64,000 bases of DNA. It comes from an uncultured Chloroflexia bacterium. GTDB taxonomy: Bacteria; Chloroflexota; UBA6077; JACCZL01. The notes below the pieces were generated by a model. It was given only the letters and a program-made list of their open reading frames with translations, was not told the DNA's origin and ran no database searches. The position numbers were made by a program, and so were the translations under genes. The stretch lies in NCBI GenBank assembly GCA_963765765.1, contig CAVXYC010000018.1, positions 96,001 through 160,000 of the forward strand, written 5' to 3'. Position 1 is the first letter of the stretch. Each line of letters starts with the position of its first letter. Of this stretch, positions 10,429 to 21,077 are shown in pieces.

Positions 10429-11377
10429 ATGACCCTGTACATGACCCGACGCTTTGGTCAGCTCATACCGACGGTGCTCGGTATCGTGACCCTGGTGTTT
10501 CTCATGCTGCGGATGCTGCCGGGCGATCCGGCCGCGTTTATCGCGGGTGAAACCGCCGGTGAGGAAGCGCTTCAGGCCTTGCGCGAACAGCTCGGACTGA
10601 ACAAGCCGATGCTGCAGCAGTACACGGATTACGTATCCAACGTGCTCCAGCTCGACTTTGGTCGTTCAATCGTGAACGGTCTGCCGGTCCTGCAGCTCGT
10701 GGCGGGGGCCATGCCGGTCACACTCATCGTGGGGTTCATGAGCCTCATTGTGGGGTTTGTTCTGGCGGTTCCGCTGGGCACCGTGGCGGCATACCTGGCA
10801 TCGCGCGGGAAGACCGCGTTGGACCAGGGCCTAATCACCACCGCCATGTTCATCGACACCATGCCGTCGTTCTGGATTGGTCTCCTGCTGATGCTGCTGC
10901 TCACGCTGCAGCTTCGATGGCTGCCCGCCACAGGCACTCTGGACTACGGCGATCCCGATCGGAGTGATGAGGCGCCTGGCGCTGCCGGTCATCGTGCTGG
11001 CCATTGGACAGCTTGCCACCGTCGCGCGGATCACCCGAACCGCCGTGCTGGAGGTGATGAATGAGGACTACATACGGACGGCGCGCGCACTGGGCACCAG
11101 CGAGCTGACCATCCTGTTCAAGAACGCGCTGCCGAACGCTGCGCTTCCGGTAGTCACGGTGGCGGGACTCAGCTTCGGTCGCCTGCTGGGCGGCACCATC
11201 ATCGTCGAATCGATCTTTGCGCTACCGGGCATGGGCACGCTGTTGGTCAACGGCATCAACGGGCGCGACTATCCCGTGGTGCAGGGAGCCGTGCTGTTGT
11301 ACGCCTCGCTGTTCATCCTGGTGAACTTGATCACCGACCTTCTCTACACCCGCGTGGATCCGAGAGTGAGCTTATGA
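10429..11377 (+). CDS. peptide-type ABC permease DppB-like (frameshift near 10958)
   Basis: LPGDPA, EDYIRTARALG (EAA loop), RDYPVVQG, VDPR. Confidence 0.9.
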
Positions 11378-12276
11378 GTCAAAGCGCCGCGACACTGAGC
11401 ATTCCCGCCCGTGCGGAGCGACGATCTGGACGATTCGGGTTTAAGCTGCCGTTACCTACGATCATCCGTGACAACCCTCTGATTGCCGCAGGGCTTGCGC
11501 TGCTGCTTCCGATCGTGATCCTTTCATTCATCGCCCCGGTGCTTCCCTTACCGGACTATCTGGAGACCAATCCGTCGCTCGCCATGAACCCACCGTCGGT
11601 TGAATCGCCGTTTGGGACGGACAAGCTCGGTCGAGACATTCTGAGCCGCACACTGGCGGGCGCTCGCATCTCGCTGACCGTCGGATTCTCGGTGGCCATT
11701 ATCGCCGTGGGTCTGGGTATTGTGATCGGCACGGTCTCGGTATTCGCGGGTCGCGTCGTTGACACGGCCATCATGACCGTGACGGACATTCTTCTTTCCT
11801 TCCCGGGCCTACTCCTGGCAATTGCCCTGGTGGCATTCTTCGGCGCGGGCGTTGTGCAGGTGATTGCCGCCATCGTCATTGCGGATCTTCCGCGAGCGGT
11901 CAGGTTGCAACGCTCGCTGGCGTTGGAGCTCAAGAGCCGATCGTTCATCGATGCAGCGCGGATGGTCTCCGCGCCAACCTGGTGGATTCTCATTCGTCAT
12001 GTGATTCCCAACGCCGTTGCCCCCATGCTGGTGGTGGCCAGTATCTACGCGGCAAACGCCATCGTCGTGGAAGCCAGCCTGAGCTTTCTGGGACTCGGGA
12101 TCATTCCGCCCCAGCCATCGTGGGGCAACCTGATCCGTGAGGGTCAGCGCTACCTGCTGGACGGCCCGTGGATCTCTACGTTCCCAGGTATCGTCTTGTT
12201 GGTCGTGGCTATTGGGCTGCACCTGATTTCTGACGGCATCCGTGCACGGCTCGATCCGAGTCTCAGGATCCGCTGA
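11374..12276 (+). CDS. peptide-type ABC permease DppC-like
   Basis: FGTDKLGRDILSR, EASLSFLGLG, PSWG. Confidence 0.9.
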   Translation: MSQSAATLSIPARAERRSGRFGFKLPLPTIIRDNPLIAAGLALLLPIVILSFIAPVLPLPDYLETNPSLAMNPPSVESPFGTDKLGRDILSRTLAGARISLTVGFSVAIIAVGLGIVIGTVSVFAGRVVDTAIMTVTDILLSFPGLLLAIALVAFFGAGVVQVIAAIVIADLPRAVRLQRSLALELKSRSFIDAARMVSAPTWWILIRHVIPNAVAPMLVVASIYAANAIVVEASLSFLGLGIIPPQPSWGNLIREGQRYLLDGPWISTFPGIVLLVVAIGLHLISDGIRARLDPSLRIR

Positions 12277-13292
12277 TGCAGACCAATCAGGATCCGGTCC
12301 TCTCCGTTCAAGGACTCACCACAAGTTTCGCGTCTCGTCGTGGCGAGGTTGAAGCCGTCAGCGAGGTCTCATTCTCCATTGCTCGCGGAGAGCGACTCGC
12401 CATCGTAGGAGAAAGTGGCTCGGGCAAGAGCACGCTGGCGCTCTCGTTACTCAAGCTTCTGCCGCGCGCGGGACGCATCTCCGCGGGCCGCGTGTTACTC
12501 AACGGCCATGACGTGATCGCGATGAAGGAAGACGAGCTGCGTCATATACGCGGGAAAGACGTCGGCGTCGTGTTCCAGGACCCCATGACTTCGCTCAATC
12601 CCGTGATCCGCGTACGCGACCAGTTGGTGCCACCGATCCGGCGGCACCTCGGTCTGTCAAGTGGCGCCGCCACCGAGCGCGCAATCGACCTGCTCGCGCA
12701 GGTCGGCATACCTGATCCAGCAACGCGAATCACTGCCTACCCACATGAGCTGAGCGGCGGCATGCGCCAGCGCGTGCTCATCGCGATGGCGCTCTCATGT
12801 GGTCCAGACCTGGTGATTGCAGACGAGCCCACGACGGCGTTGGACGTCACCATCCAGGCGCAGGTCGTCGCACTACTGAAGAACCTGGCCGAGCATTCCG
12901 GAACGTCGGTTCTTTTCGTCACGCACGACTTCGGCCTGGTCGCAAGATTCGCTCATACCATCGCCGTCATGTACGCGGGTCGCATCGTGGAATACGGACC
13001 CTCTGAGCGTGTCTTCCGTCGACCGGAGCACCCATACACCCGGGCACTGCTCGAATCGATTCCGGCCATCACTGGCGCGAAACCAGACCAGCTGACACAA
13101 ATCGAGGGGACCCCTCCCGATCTCGCTCGGCTCGGATCGGGCTGTTCGTTCGCACCGCGTTGCACAAGGACCACCGATCGGTGCCTGAACCAGCGCCCCG
13201 ACCTCACACTGCGTGAAGCCGAGCACGTTGCCGCGTGCTGGGTGACCGCCGCATCACCATCGAAGGAGCGTGCCGTTGTCGCCGTCGCTTGA
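12276..13292 (+). CDS. peptide ABC ATPase DppD-like
   Basis: [29 protein letters not shown]-terminal Cys cluster. Confidence 0.92.
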   Translation: MQTNQDPVLSVQGLTTSFASRRGEVEAVSEVSFSIARGERLAIVGESGSGKSTLALSLLKLLPRAGRISAGRVLLNGHDVIAMKEDELRHIRGKDVGVVFQDPMTSLNPVIRVRDQLVPPIRRHLGLSSGAATERAIDLLAQVGIPDPATRITAYPHELSGGMRQRVLIAMALSCGPDLVIADEPTTALDVTIQAQVVALLKNLAEHSGTSVLFVTHDFGLVARFAHTIAVMYAGRIVEYGPSERVFRRPEHPYTRALLESIPAITGAKPDQLTQIEGTPPDLARLGSGCSFAPRCTRTTDRCLNQRPDLTLREAEHVAACWVTAASPSKERAVVAVA

Positions 13293-14307
13293 AGCTCCCG
13301 TACGTCCGATCGCCGAGGCCAGCGTGGCCGCGGTGCCGTTCTCATCGCTCGAGGTGCGCGGGCTGAAGAAGCACTTCATCAAGAAGTCCATGATTCCCTG
13401 GGAGCCGACGGTTAACATCCGCGCCGTAGACGGCGTGGACTTCATCGTGTCGCCCGGCCAGGTCGTAGGCCTCGTGGGCGAAAGCGGCTGCGGCAAGACC
13501 ACGCTCGGCCGCATGCTGGTCCGGCTCGAGGATCCGACCGAGGGCGAGATTCTTTTTGATGGCGTCGACCTGGCGAAAATGCGCGGTCAGCCCCTGAAGG
13601 AGTTCCGCCGTCGAATTCAGATGATCTTCCAGGATCCGTACTCGTCGCTCGACCCGCGCATGAAGATCCATGAAAGCGTGGCGGAGCCGCTTACGGTTAA
13701 CGGCATAGGGTTGGCATCTGAACGAGTTGAGCGCTCAAAGATGCTGCTGGAGCAGGTCGGGTTGGATGCGACCTTTGCCGATCGCTACCCCAGCCAGCTC
13801 AGCGGCGGTCAGCGTCAGCGTGTGGTGATCGCACGCGCACTGGCACTGGGGCCGGCAGTCATCGTGGCAGACGAGCCCACCGCCTCCCTGGACGTATCAG
13901 TCCGCGCGCACGTCATCAATCTGCTGAGGGATCTTCAGAGAAGTAACGGGCTCAGCTTTGTTTACATCTCACACGATCTCTCGACTGTTCGGTACATCTG
14001 CGACACGATCAATGTCATGTACCTGGGGAAGATCGTGGAGCAGGGTCCATCGGAAGAGTTGTTCCAGCGGCCGCTTCATCCGTACACGCAGGCGCTACTC
14101 TCCGCCGTGCCTGTGCCGGACCCGGTTCTGGAGGCGCAGCGTGAACAAAAGCTCGTCGGAGGCGAGCTGCCCAGTCCAGCCAACCCGCCCCCCGGCTGCG
14201 CCTTCCACACCCGCTGCCCTATCGCCATATCCCGCTGCCGCGAAGAAGCCCCGGCTCTGAGGATGTATGGGCCCCGGAGGAGTGCGGCGTGTCATCTGGT
14301 GGAGTAG
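13270..14307 (+). CDS. peptide ABC ATPase DppF-like
   Basis: [28 protein letters not shown]. Confidence 0.92.
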   Translation: MPLSPSLEAPVRPIAEASVAAVPFSSLEVRGLKKHFIKKSMIPWEPTVNIRAVDGVDFIVSPGQVVGLVGESGCGKTTLGRMLVRLEDPTEGEILFDGVDLAKMRGQPLKEFRRRIQMIFQDPYSSLDPRMKIHESVAEPLTVNGIGLASERVERSKMLLEQVGLDATFADRYPSQLSGGQRQRVVIARALALGPAVIVADEPTASLDVSVRAHVINLLRDLQRSNGLSFVYISHDLSTVRYICDTINVMYLGKIVEQGPSEELFQRPLHPYTQALLSAVPVPDPVLEAQREQKLVGGELPSPANPPPGCAFHTRCPIAISRCREEAPALRMYGPRRSAACHLVE

Positions 14308-14340
14308 AGTCGGGAGTCAGCCGCTTGAAGCACTGCGAGT

Positions 14341-14420
14341 CCCTCACCTAACCCTCTCCCAGGAGTGTGACGCAGATACTCACACGAGGTCCTCCCTTTG
14401 GGCGTGGGTTAGGACGAGGG
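14341..14420. repeat. CCCTCACC-type intergenic inverted repeat
   Basis: CCCTCACCTAACCCTCTCCC ... GGGCGTGGGTTAGGACGAGGG downstream of the ABC operon. Confidence 0.5.
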
Positions 14421-14814
14421 ACTCGCTATGTCACTCGGAGGCCAACGAAACCCCCGCCTTTGAAATTTCGATGAGCACGCGCGCGGTATTGCCAGGCAGC
14501 GTGAGTCGGAGAAACGCTGAGAATCTGAATGCCGCGACTCGCTACGCAGGACGATCGATGCTGATAAGCGCTTTGCATTCCAGCCAACATGCTGTTCACG
14601 AAGCAGCACGAAGTCTGCAAGTGTCAGTGCAGCTGGCAGTAGAAATGCAGACCTGTAATGGACTTGCACGGAGTTCTTCCTGCGGAATTTCGAGATCGGC
14701 GAGTTGACCTGCGCGGCTAATTCTGCGGTCACAGGCATCCGTGGTACACAGCCTCCAAGACAGCGCGCTTCCGACGCTCGCGTATGCACTTCCATCGCAG
14801 CACCGATGACGGCG

Positions 14815-15681
14815 CTAAGGACTCAGGATCCCTCTCTTCTTATCTGTGTGAATCTGCGTCTGCAATCTGATCCGGATAAGCATCTCCGCGGTAGAGATCC
14901 GAGCGAGAACTACGACCAGCAGCGCCTTATACCTCTCCGGCAGCTCGATCTTGCCTTCGTCGATCTCGCGGAGGCGCTCGTCGCTGAGGACATGGCCGAA
15001 TTGGTCATTCCGCATGCGGACGCGTTGCTTGGAGATGGCTTCAACCATGTCCTTCGCGAGTGCCCACTGTTCGTCCGTCCAGTCGCCCCGCTCCAGGCCG
15101 CTGGCGCCCTGCTCGGCATGCTCGATCTCGTCCTCGTAGACGCCGCGGCAGGCCCTGGCAATGAGGTCGTGCAGCTCATCGCCGCCCACCTGCATCCCCT
15201 CATAGTAAAGGGACGCTCCGCCGCCCTCGCAGAAGGATGATGCAAAGCGAGCAAGCGCGCCGTGCTCCTCGGCCAAGGAGCTACGTAGCTCTCGTAATCG
15301 GCCCTCTTCGGGCACTTCGTACTGTGCCAGCTCCTCGGTCGTCATCTTCTCGCCCGTGAGGTAGTCGACCACGTCCGCGAAGAGCTGGTAGTGGCGGAAC
15401 TCTTCTTCCAGGAATTGGATCTTGTGGAGGAAATCGTGCCGATCAACGCCGTGCTCCAGCATGTCGTAATCATTCTTGAGCTCGTTGATCAGGCGAATGA
15501 TGATGCCGTTGGGGCGTGGCTGAAGCTCCTTGTACGCTTGCATGCGCAGCCACCGAAGATGCTCGTCCTTGCTGCGTGGCTGACTGAAGAACGTGCGAGT
15601 CACTTCCGCTTCCCCCGCCCACCAGCGAGATGCGAATTCGGTGAGCTCATTGCGGCGCTTTCGGGCTCGGATCTCATCCAC
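14815..15681 (-). CDS. ferritin-like diiron-carboxylate protein (true stop possibly near 14910)
   Basis: E...EEFRH...E(GGG)...DEIEH ligand pattern; GGAGG RBS before GTG 15681. Confidence 0.65.
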   Translation of the reverse strand: MDEIRARKRRNELTEFASRWWAGEAEVTRTFFSQPRSKDEHLRWLRMQAYKELQPRPNGIIIRLINELKNDYDMLEHGVDRHDFLHKIQFLEEEFRHYQLFADVVDYLTGEKMTTEELAQYEVPEEGRLRELRSSLAEEHGALARFASSFCEGGGASLYYEGMQVGGDELHDLIARACRGVYEDEIEHAEQGASGLERGDWTDEQWALAKDMVEAISKQRVRMRNDQFGHVLSDERLREIDEGKIELPERYKALLVVVLARISTAEMLIRIRLQTQIHTDKKRGILSP

Positions 15682-15714
15682 TTTGATGCCTCCAGACGTC
15701 ATTGCCAAAGCTTC

Positions 15715-15732
15715 GGCAATTGATCAATTGCC
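15715..15732. promoter_or_regulatory. perfect 18-bp palindrome, putative operator
   Basis: GGCAATTGATCAATTGCC in the divergent promoter gap. Confidence 0.55.
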
Positions 15733-15848
15733 ATGTTGCATCCATAGTAAGCTGGCTCAGTTGTAAGGCGCCACGAGCAAATTCATCATCTATACTGGCC
15801 TCAATTCGTGATTCCACGCTGGACGGAACGCTCAACGGAGAACTTCCA

Positions 15849-17211
15849 ATGTTGACCCGCGACGACAACGAGATCTTGACTCGAGTAGGCCCCGGCACCC
15901 CGATGGGAGAGCTCATGCGCCAGCACTGGCAGCCAGTTCTCCTCTCCTCGGAGCTCCCACAACGGGACGGACCGCCATTGCGCGTGCGACATCTCAGCGA
16001 AGACCTGGTGGCGTTTCGCGATACTGACGGTCGCGTTGGCCTGGTTGCGGAAAACTGCCCGCATCGCGGCGCTTCGCTCTTTTTCGGTCGCAATGAAGAA
16101 GCAGGACTCCGCTGCGTCTACCACGGGTGGAAATTCGACGCTTCCGGCGCATGCGTCGACATGCCCAACGAGCCGTCCGGAGAGCAACTTCAAGCACAAA
16201 GTAAAGGTCACCGCCTATCCCTGCCAGGAGCGCGGCGGGGTTATCTGGGCATATATGGGCCGCGCGGCCGAGCTTCCGTCGCTGCCTGACCTGGAGTGGA
16301 ACATGGTTCCGGAAAGCCACGTATACCTCAGCAAGCGCGTGGCCCAGAACAACTTTATGCAGTCGTTGGAAGGCGAGATCGACTCCAGTCACTCGGGCTT
16401 CCTCCACTCACTTATTGAGGAGGAAGCAAACTACGACACGATGAGCCTGCATCGCCGGCCCAACGCCATGCCCGATAGCAAGGGCATGTACTACAAGATG
16501 AAGGATCGGCACCCTCACTTCGAATCGCTACACACCGATTACGGCGTGATGATCGGTGCGCGAAGGAAGGCCGAGGAAGATTCCTGGTACTGGCGTATCA
16601 CCCAGTTCCTGATGCCGTTCTATACGATCATCCCACCGTACGGTCAGGATCCGTCATTCAGCGGCCACGCCTGGATTCCGATGGACGACGAACACGTGGT
16701 GTGCCTGTGCTTCACCTACCACCCCACCAAGCCGCTGACCGAGAAGCATCTGGAGAATCTGCGAAACGGCCGACTCGGGCTCCAGGGCCTACACCCGACC
16801 GTGGATGCATTCCTGCCGACAACGAGCCGCCCCGCCGGGGCCTGGTGGCCGAAGATCAATCGCGACAATGACTTCATGCAGGACTGGGATCGCCAGAAGC
16901 ACGTCGCCTTCTCAGGCCTGCCCGGCACGTGGCCGCAAGATTCCGGCTGCCAGGAGACGATGGGACCGATCTACGACCGCACCAAAGAACGATTGGGCAC
17001 GAGCGACACCGGCATCATCCAGGTTCGCCGACGACTCATCCAGGCCGCCAAGGAGCTGCGCGATACGGGCGAGGAGTCGCGCGAAACTCGCAATCCTCAG
17101 TCCTACGCAATCCGCTCCGCGGCTGTAGTGCTGCCACGCAAGGAGCACTGGGTGGAAGCCGCTGCCGAGTATCTCAGGGTCACGCCTGGTGTGAATTTCG
17201 CGGCGGCGTGA
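15849..17211 (+). CDS. Rieske oxygenase alpha subunit, phthalate dioxygenase-like (frameshift near 16178)
   Basis: CPHRG...CVYHGW; EGEIDSSHSGFLH; PQD; ERLGTSD. Confidence 0.88.
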
Positions 17212-17229
17212 CTCGATGGCTGCCACTCT

Positions 17230-18090
17230 ACTGGGACCGCCGACATCCTGTCGGCCCGGCCCCTGAGGGCTGCCTTAGGTTGCCACTACCACGATTGACA
17301 GGCGTGTTCGCCGGCGGCCCTTGTGGGCCGGGCCCACAAGATGTCGGGGCCCCGGTGAGGCGATGACGATTCAATCAACGCCGCACCTGGGCTGGCACAG
17401 TCGAGGCTATCTCTCGCATCTCGACGAACCGGGACGCGTGCAAGTGATCATCTATCGTCTGGCCGATTCGCTGCCGCGGCGCTTGGTCCATTCTTGGGCA
17501 GAGGATCTTCAGAACCTGGCCCCCAGCATGGCGCGCACTGAATTATCAACGCGAGTCGCAGATGCGCTTGATCGAGGACTTGGTGCCTGCTGGCTGCGGC
17601 AATCAGAAATCGCGGAGATCGTCGAACAGTCCCTCCTGCACTTCGACGGCCAACGTTATCGGCTAGTAGCTTGGTGCATCATGCCGAACCATGTGCATGC
17701 AATGATCTGGCCAATAGATGGATTCTCCCTGGACAGAATTGTTCAGTCCTGGAAATCATTTTCAGCCGTGCAATGCAACAAATGATTGCGACGATCAGGC
17801 ACTTTCTGGGCACGTGACTATTACGACCGATTCATTCGGAATGACGTGCATCTCGAACGAGCCGTGGATTACATCGAAAACAACCCTGTGAAGGCAGGAC
17901 TAGTTGACTCGCCTGAAAATTGGCCATGGTCAAGCGCCCGTCGTCGACGGGCCCCGTAGGCCGGGACGGCCGACATCTTGGCCACCCAGCACCCGAAGAG
18001 CCGCCTCGCGAAATCATTCCCGCCGGTGGCCGTGGAGGCCGGGACGGCCCTGCGAAGGGCCGGGGCCGACAGGATGTCGGCGGTCCCAGT
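17230..18090. mobile_element. REPtron: RAYT gene bracketed by inverted REPs
   Basis: 28-bp perfect inverted repeat ACTGGGACCGCCGACATCCTGTCGGCCC at both ends, plus degenerate inner units. Confidence 0.8.
17363..17959 (+). pseudogene. REP-associated tyrosine transposase (RAYT, HUH/Y1) with in-frame TGA at 17783
   Basis: WHSRGYLSH, IMPNHVH (HUH), SWKSFS; after TGA the same frame continues FWARDYYDRFIRN..YIENNPVKAGL..WPWSS. Confidence 0.85.
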
Positions 18091-18095
18091 GCGGC

Positions 18096-18789
18096 TTAGC
18101 TTCGCTTCATCCGATACAGCTTGATCGTCTGCCCGTGCTGCTGTGTCGGTAGGAGCTCGGGCTCGGCAACGATCAGCTTGGCCTGGCGTGCGAGCAGCGG
18201 GAAGCGCTCCGCGGCGCCGCGGCCTGGGTCGGCGATCCAGGCTTCACCTTCTGGATTGAGGTGACGCGGGTAGGAATCTCGCGACGGCGGGGGCGTTGCG
18301 CCACTCGTAGAGCACGTCCGCCCCGAGAATAAGGTCGAAGCGACCGCAGGGTGGCGGCTTTCGCCAATCTCCTACGATCATCCCGGTGGGCTCAGGTAGC
18401 CAGTCGTTAGCCAATACGCTAAGCGCGACGATCTCTAGCGCCCGCGGCTCCCAGTCGAAAAACGTCACTCTGGCGCCGCGACGAGCAGCCGCGAAGCCGC
18501 ATGGACCCAGTCCACAGCCCAGGTCGAGAACGGTGAGATCGTCCAGTCGCGGTCCCGATAGTACGTGCGCAACGAGTGACTCCGCGGAAGCCCAGATCGT
18601 CCCGAAGTACGGCATGCGCTCATCGCCGTCGTCGAACTCCTGCTGCGTCATAGCGTCAAGCGGCGCATCGGGATCTTGAAGCACCCACATGCCGAATGAA
18701 CGATCCGGTTCGGTAGAGGTTGGGGCGCTGAATTCGCGCCAGATGAGCTGGAACCCGGCTGCTACGGGTCCAAGCTCACCCGCAAGCAT
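18096..18789 (-). CDS. SAM-dependent methyltransferase, Methyltransf_16-like (frameshift near 18265)
   Basis: PYFGTIWAS, VLDLGCGLG, FDLILGADVLYE, ADPGR in shifted frame. Confidence 0.8.
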
Positions 18790-20454
18790 CTAAACCTGCG
18801 CGGAGACGGACTGTTCGTACTTGTGGCCGAGTGCCTCTTCCCATCGGAGGTACTGAACCATGTCGGCGTAGCTACGCTCGGTTCCGGCCGGCACCACGTC
18901 GTTTGGTGCTTCCATGATGCCGGTCAACCCTTGCTCAACAGCCAGTCCGGCGGCCCGCCATGCGCGAATTCCGCCAGCAAGCACACCAACCCGCCGATAG
19001 CCCGATACGGGCCATGGTGAGCGCGGCGAGGAGTGCATTCTGTCCATTGACATCGCTCACCAACACTGGGGCATCGAGATCCGGAGCCGACGTCGGCCAC
19101 GTTCAGCTCCAGCCAGCTACGCGACACCCATTGCGATCCGGGGATATGGCCGGCCGCGAAGTCCCGGCTCGTGTCCACAAAGATGATGCCGAGATCGGGG
19201 TTCGTTGCCAGCGCATTGCCGAGAGATATCGGGTCGATTGATGGCACCATCCGCTCAGCTTCGTCAAGACCGAACGGCCGCGGGTCTGCGCCGCCCGTCT
19301 CCAGATCTTGCCCCGCGGCTAGCCATGCCGTTGTACCACCGTCCACGGCGTAAACCCGACGGAAACCCATCTGTCGGTACCACGATGCGGTCACGAATGA
19401 GCGCGTGACGCCATCGTCGCAGAACACCACATGCGCGGAGCGCACGGCCACAGTATCATCGACACGTTGCACAGCCTGTCCACCCGGGACCCAGACGAAT
19501 CCGGGGATATGGCCGGCCTCGAACTCTTCACGCGATCGGACGTCGATGAAGTACATGACGCGGTCTGTCTTGGCCATCATGTCACGCAGAGCGTCGATCG
19601 AGAGCGCACGCACGCCATCTTCCCTGGCTACTCGACGCGCGAATTCCTCTGCCCTGGCCTGCCCTTCGGCGGAGACGTCTGGCTGGCTCACGCGGTCTGC
19701 GTCGCGCTCGAGCGCGAGGCCCGCCAGCGACCAGCCAGATGTGCCGTTTCGTAGTCCAACGACGTTCTGCAGCCCCATGCGCTGAAGCGTGCGCGTGCCA
19801 ATGATGCTCCGAGTCCGCCCCGCGCAGTTCACCACTACACGCGCATCTGGACGCTCGGCCACAATGTCGGCGATTCGGAAAGGGAAGCTCTGCTCCGGGC
19901 ACGCTTCTGCCACCGGGAATGCAGCCTCGCTGGAACTCCTCGGGCGTACGCGTATCCAGGATGACGACGTCATCACCCCGATCAAGCTGCTCCTTGAGCT
20001 CTGTCGCGCTGATCGAGGGCACATGGTGCTCCACCTCGATCTTCTCGCCGAAGTCCTTGCTGGGGACGTTCATGCCCCACTCCGTAGGAAACCCTTCGCT
20101 TGCCCAGCGATTGATCCCGCCGGTGAGGACGTCAAGAAACCCGTAGCCCATGGCGGAGACGGTCTCGGCTGCCAACATCGCACGGCGACCATCGTCGTCG
20201 TACAGCACCACGGGTATATGCGGAGTCGGAACGAGGCGGCTGAGCGTGTACTCGATCAATCTGCGAGGAACAGAGCTGGCGCCCGGAATGTGCGCCGCGT
20301 TGTACTCGCCCTGCTCTCGTACATCGATCAGCGCCATCGGGGTACCGGCCTCGATGCGCTTCTGAAGCTCAGCCGGTGTGAGCGTTGGCTCCGTAGGCGG
20401 ACCGTGCATGGAACATGCGTCGGCTCCGAATTCTTCCATGCCCTCGACCGTCAC
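18790..20454 (-). CDS. four-domain rhodanese/sulfurtransferase (two frameshifts)
   Basis: Repeated (L/I)DVR..E(Y/F)..GHIPG units; NVPSKDFGE; VNCAGRTRSIIG active-site loop; C-terminal YLRWEE. Confidence 0.85.
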
Positions 20455-20464
20455 GCTCGCCTCC

Positions 20465-21046
20465 TCAACAGTTGTCGAACTTGCCGCTTGCCCAGCGTTT
20501 CACGGCGCCGGTATTCAGATCATACGAGTAACGCGGCAGACCGACGAGATCATCGCCGTACACATGGATCTCCACGGTGAGCTGATCGCTCGGATTGCGC
20601 ATCTCGTGGATATCGTCCTCAACGGGGATCAGAAGTGAGATCTGACCCGGCTTCACGACGCTCGGGCCGATCTTCTCCAGCTGTGCGAAATCTTCTCGCG
20701 AGCGGTCATCCAGGCGTCGAAAGCGCGTCTCATGGATCTCATTGCTGATAACGCCGATCATGCCCCACGTCTGGTGATCGTGGGGCGCGGCGTAGTCACC
20801 GGGCCCCCACACGACGGAGCTGACGAAGAGACCCGGCGAGCGATGAAGGGCATAGCTGCCGTGATTCGGCCGATTGCCCTTCCCCGACGGTACACGGTAT
20901 TGCTCCGGTACCGCCGAGGGATCCTGGATCAGCCGCTCGAGCAGTGACGAGCCACGATCGTAGAGCACGTCGGGCGCGGGCTTCTCTCTCACCAATGCCG
21001 ACATATCGGCAACGAATTGGTCTAGCGAATACCGCGTCATGGTCAT
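20465..21046 (-). CDS. thiol dioxygenase (cysteine/3-mercaptopropionate dioxygenase family)
   Basis: VVWGPG...HDHQTWG, DDIHEM, EIHVYG. Confidence 0.8.
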   Translation of the reverse strand: MTMTRYSLDQFVADMSALVREKPAPDVLYDRGSSLLERLIQDPSAVPEQYRVPSGKGNRPNHGSYALHRSPGLFVSSVVWGPGDYAAPHDHQTWGMIGVISNEIHETRFRRLDDRSREDFAQLEKIGPSVVKPGQISLLIPVEDDIHEMRNPSDQLTVEIHVYGDDLVGLPRYSYDLNTGAVKRWASGKFDNC

Positions 21047-21077
21047 GCTGTTACTCCGATGGTGCTGCGTCCACTCT

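Noticed and set aside
14430-14810. Possible ncRNA or small gene in the long gap after the ABC operon
   Set aside because: No convincing ORF, structure or known motif by eye; would need an Rfam scan
17783-17785. Selenocysteine readthrough of the RAYT TGA
   Set aside because: Position is not a conserved Cys or catalytic site and no SECIS-like hairpin is evident
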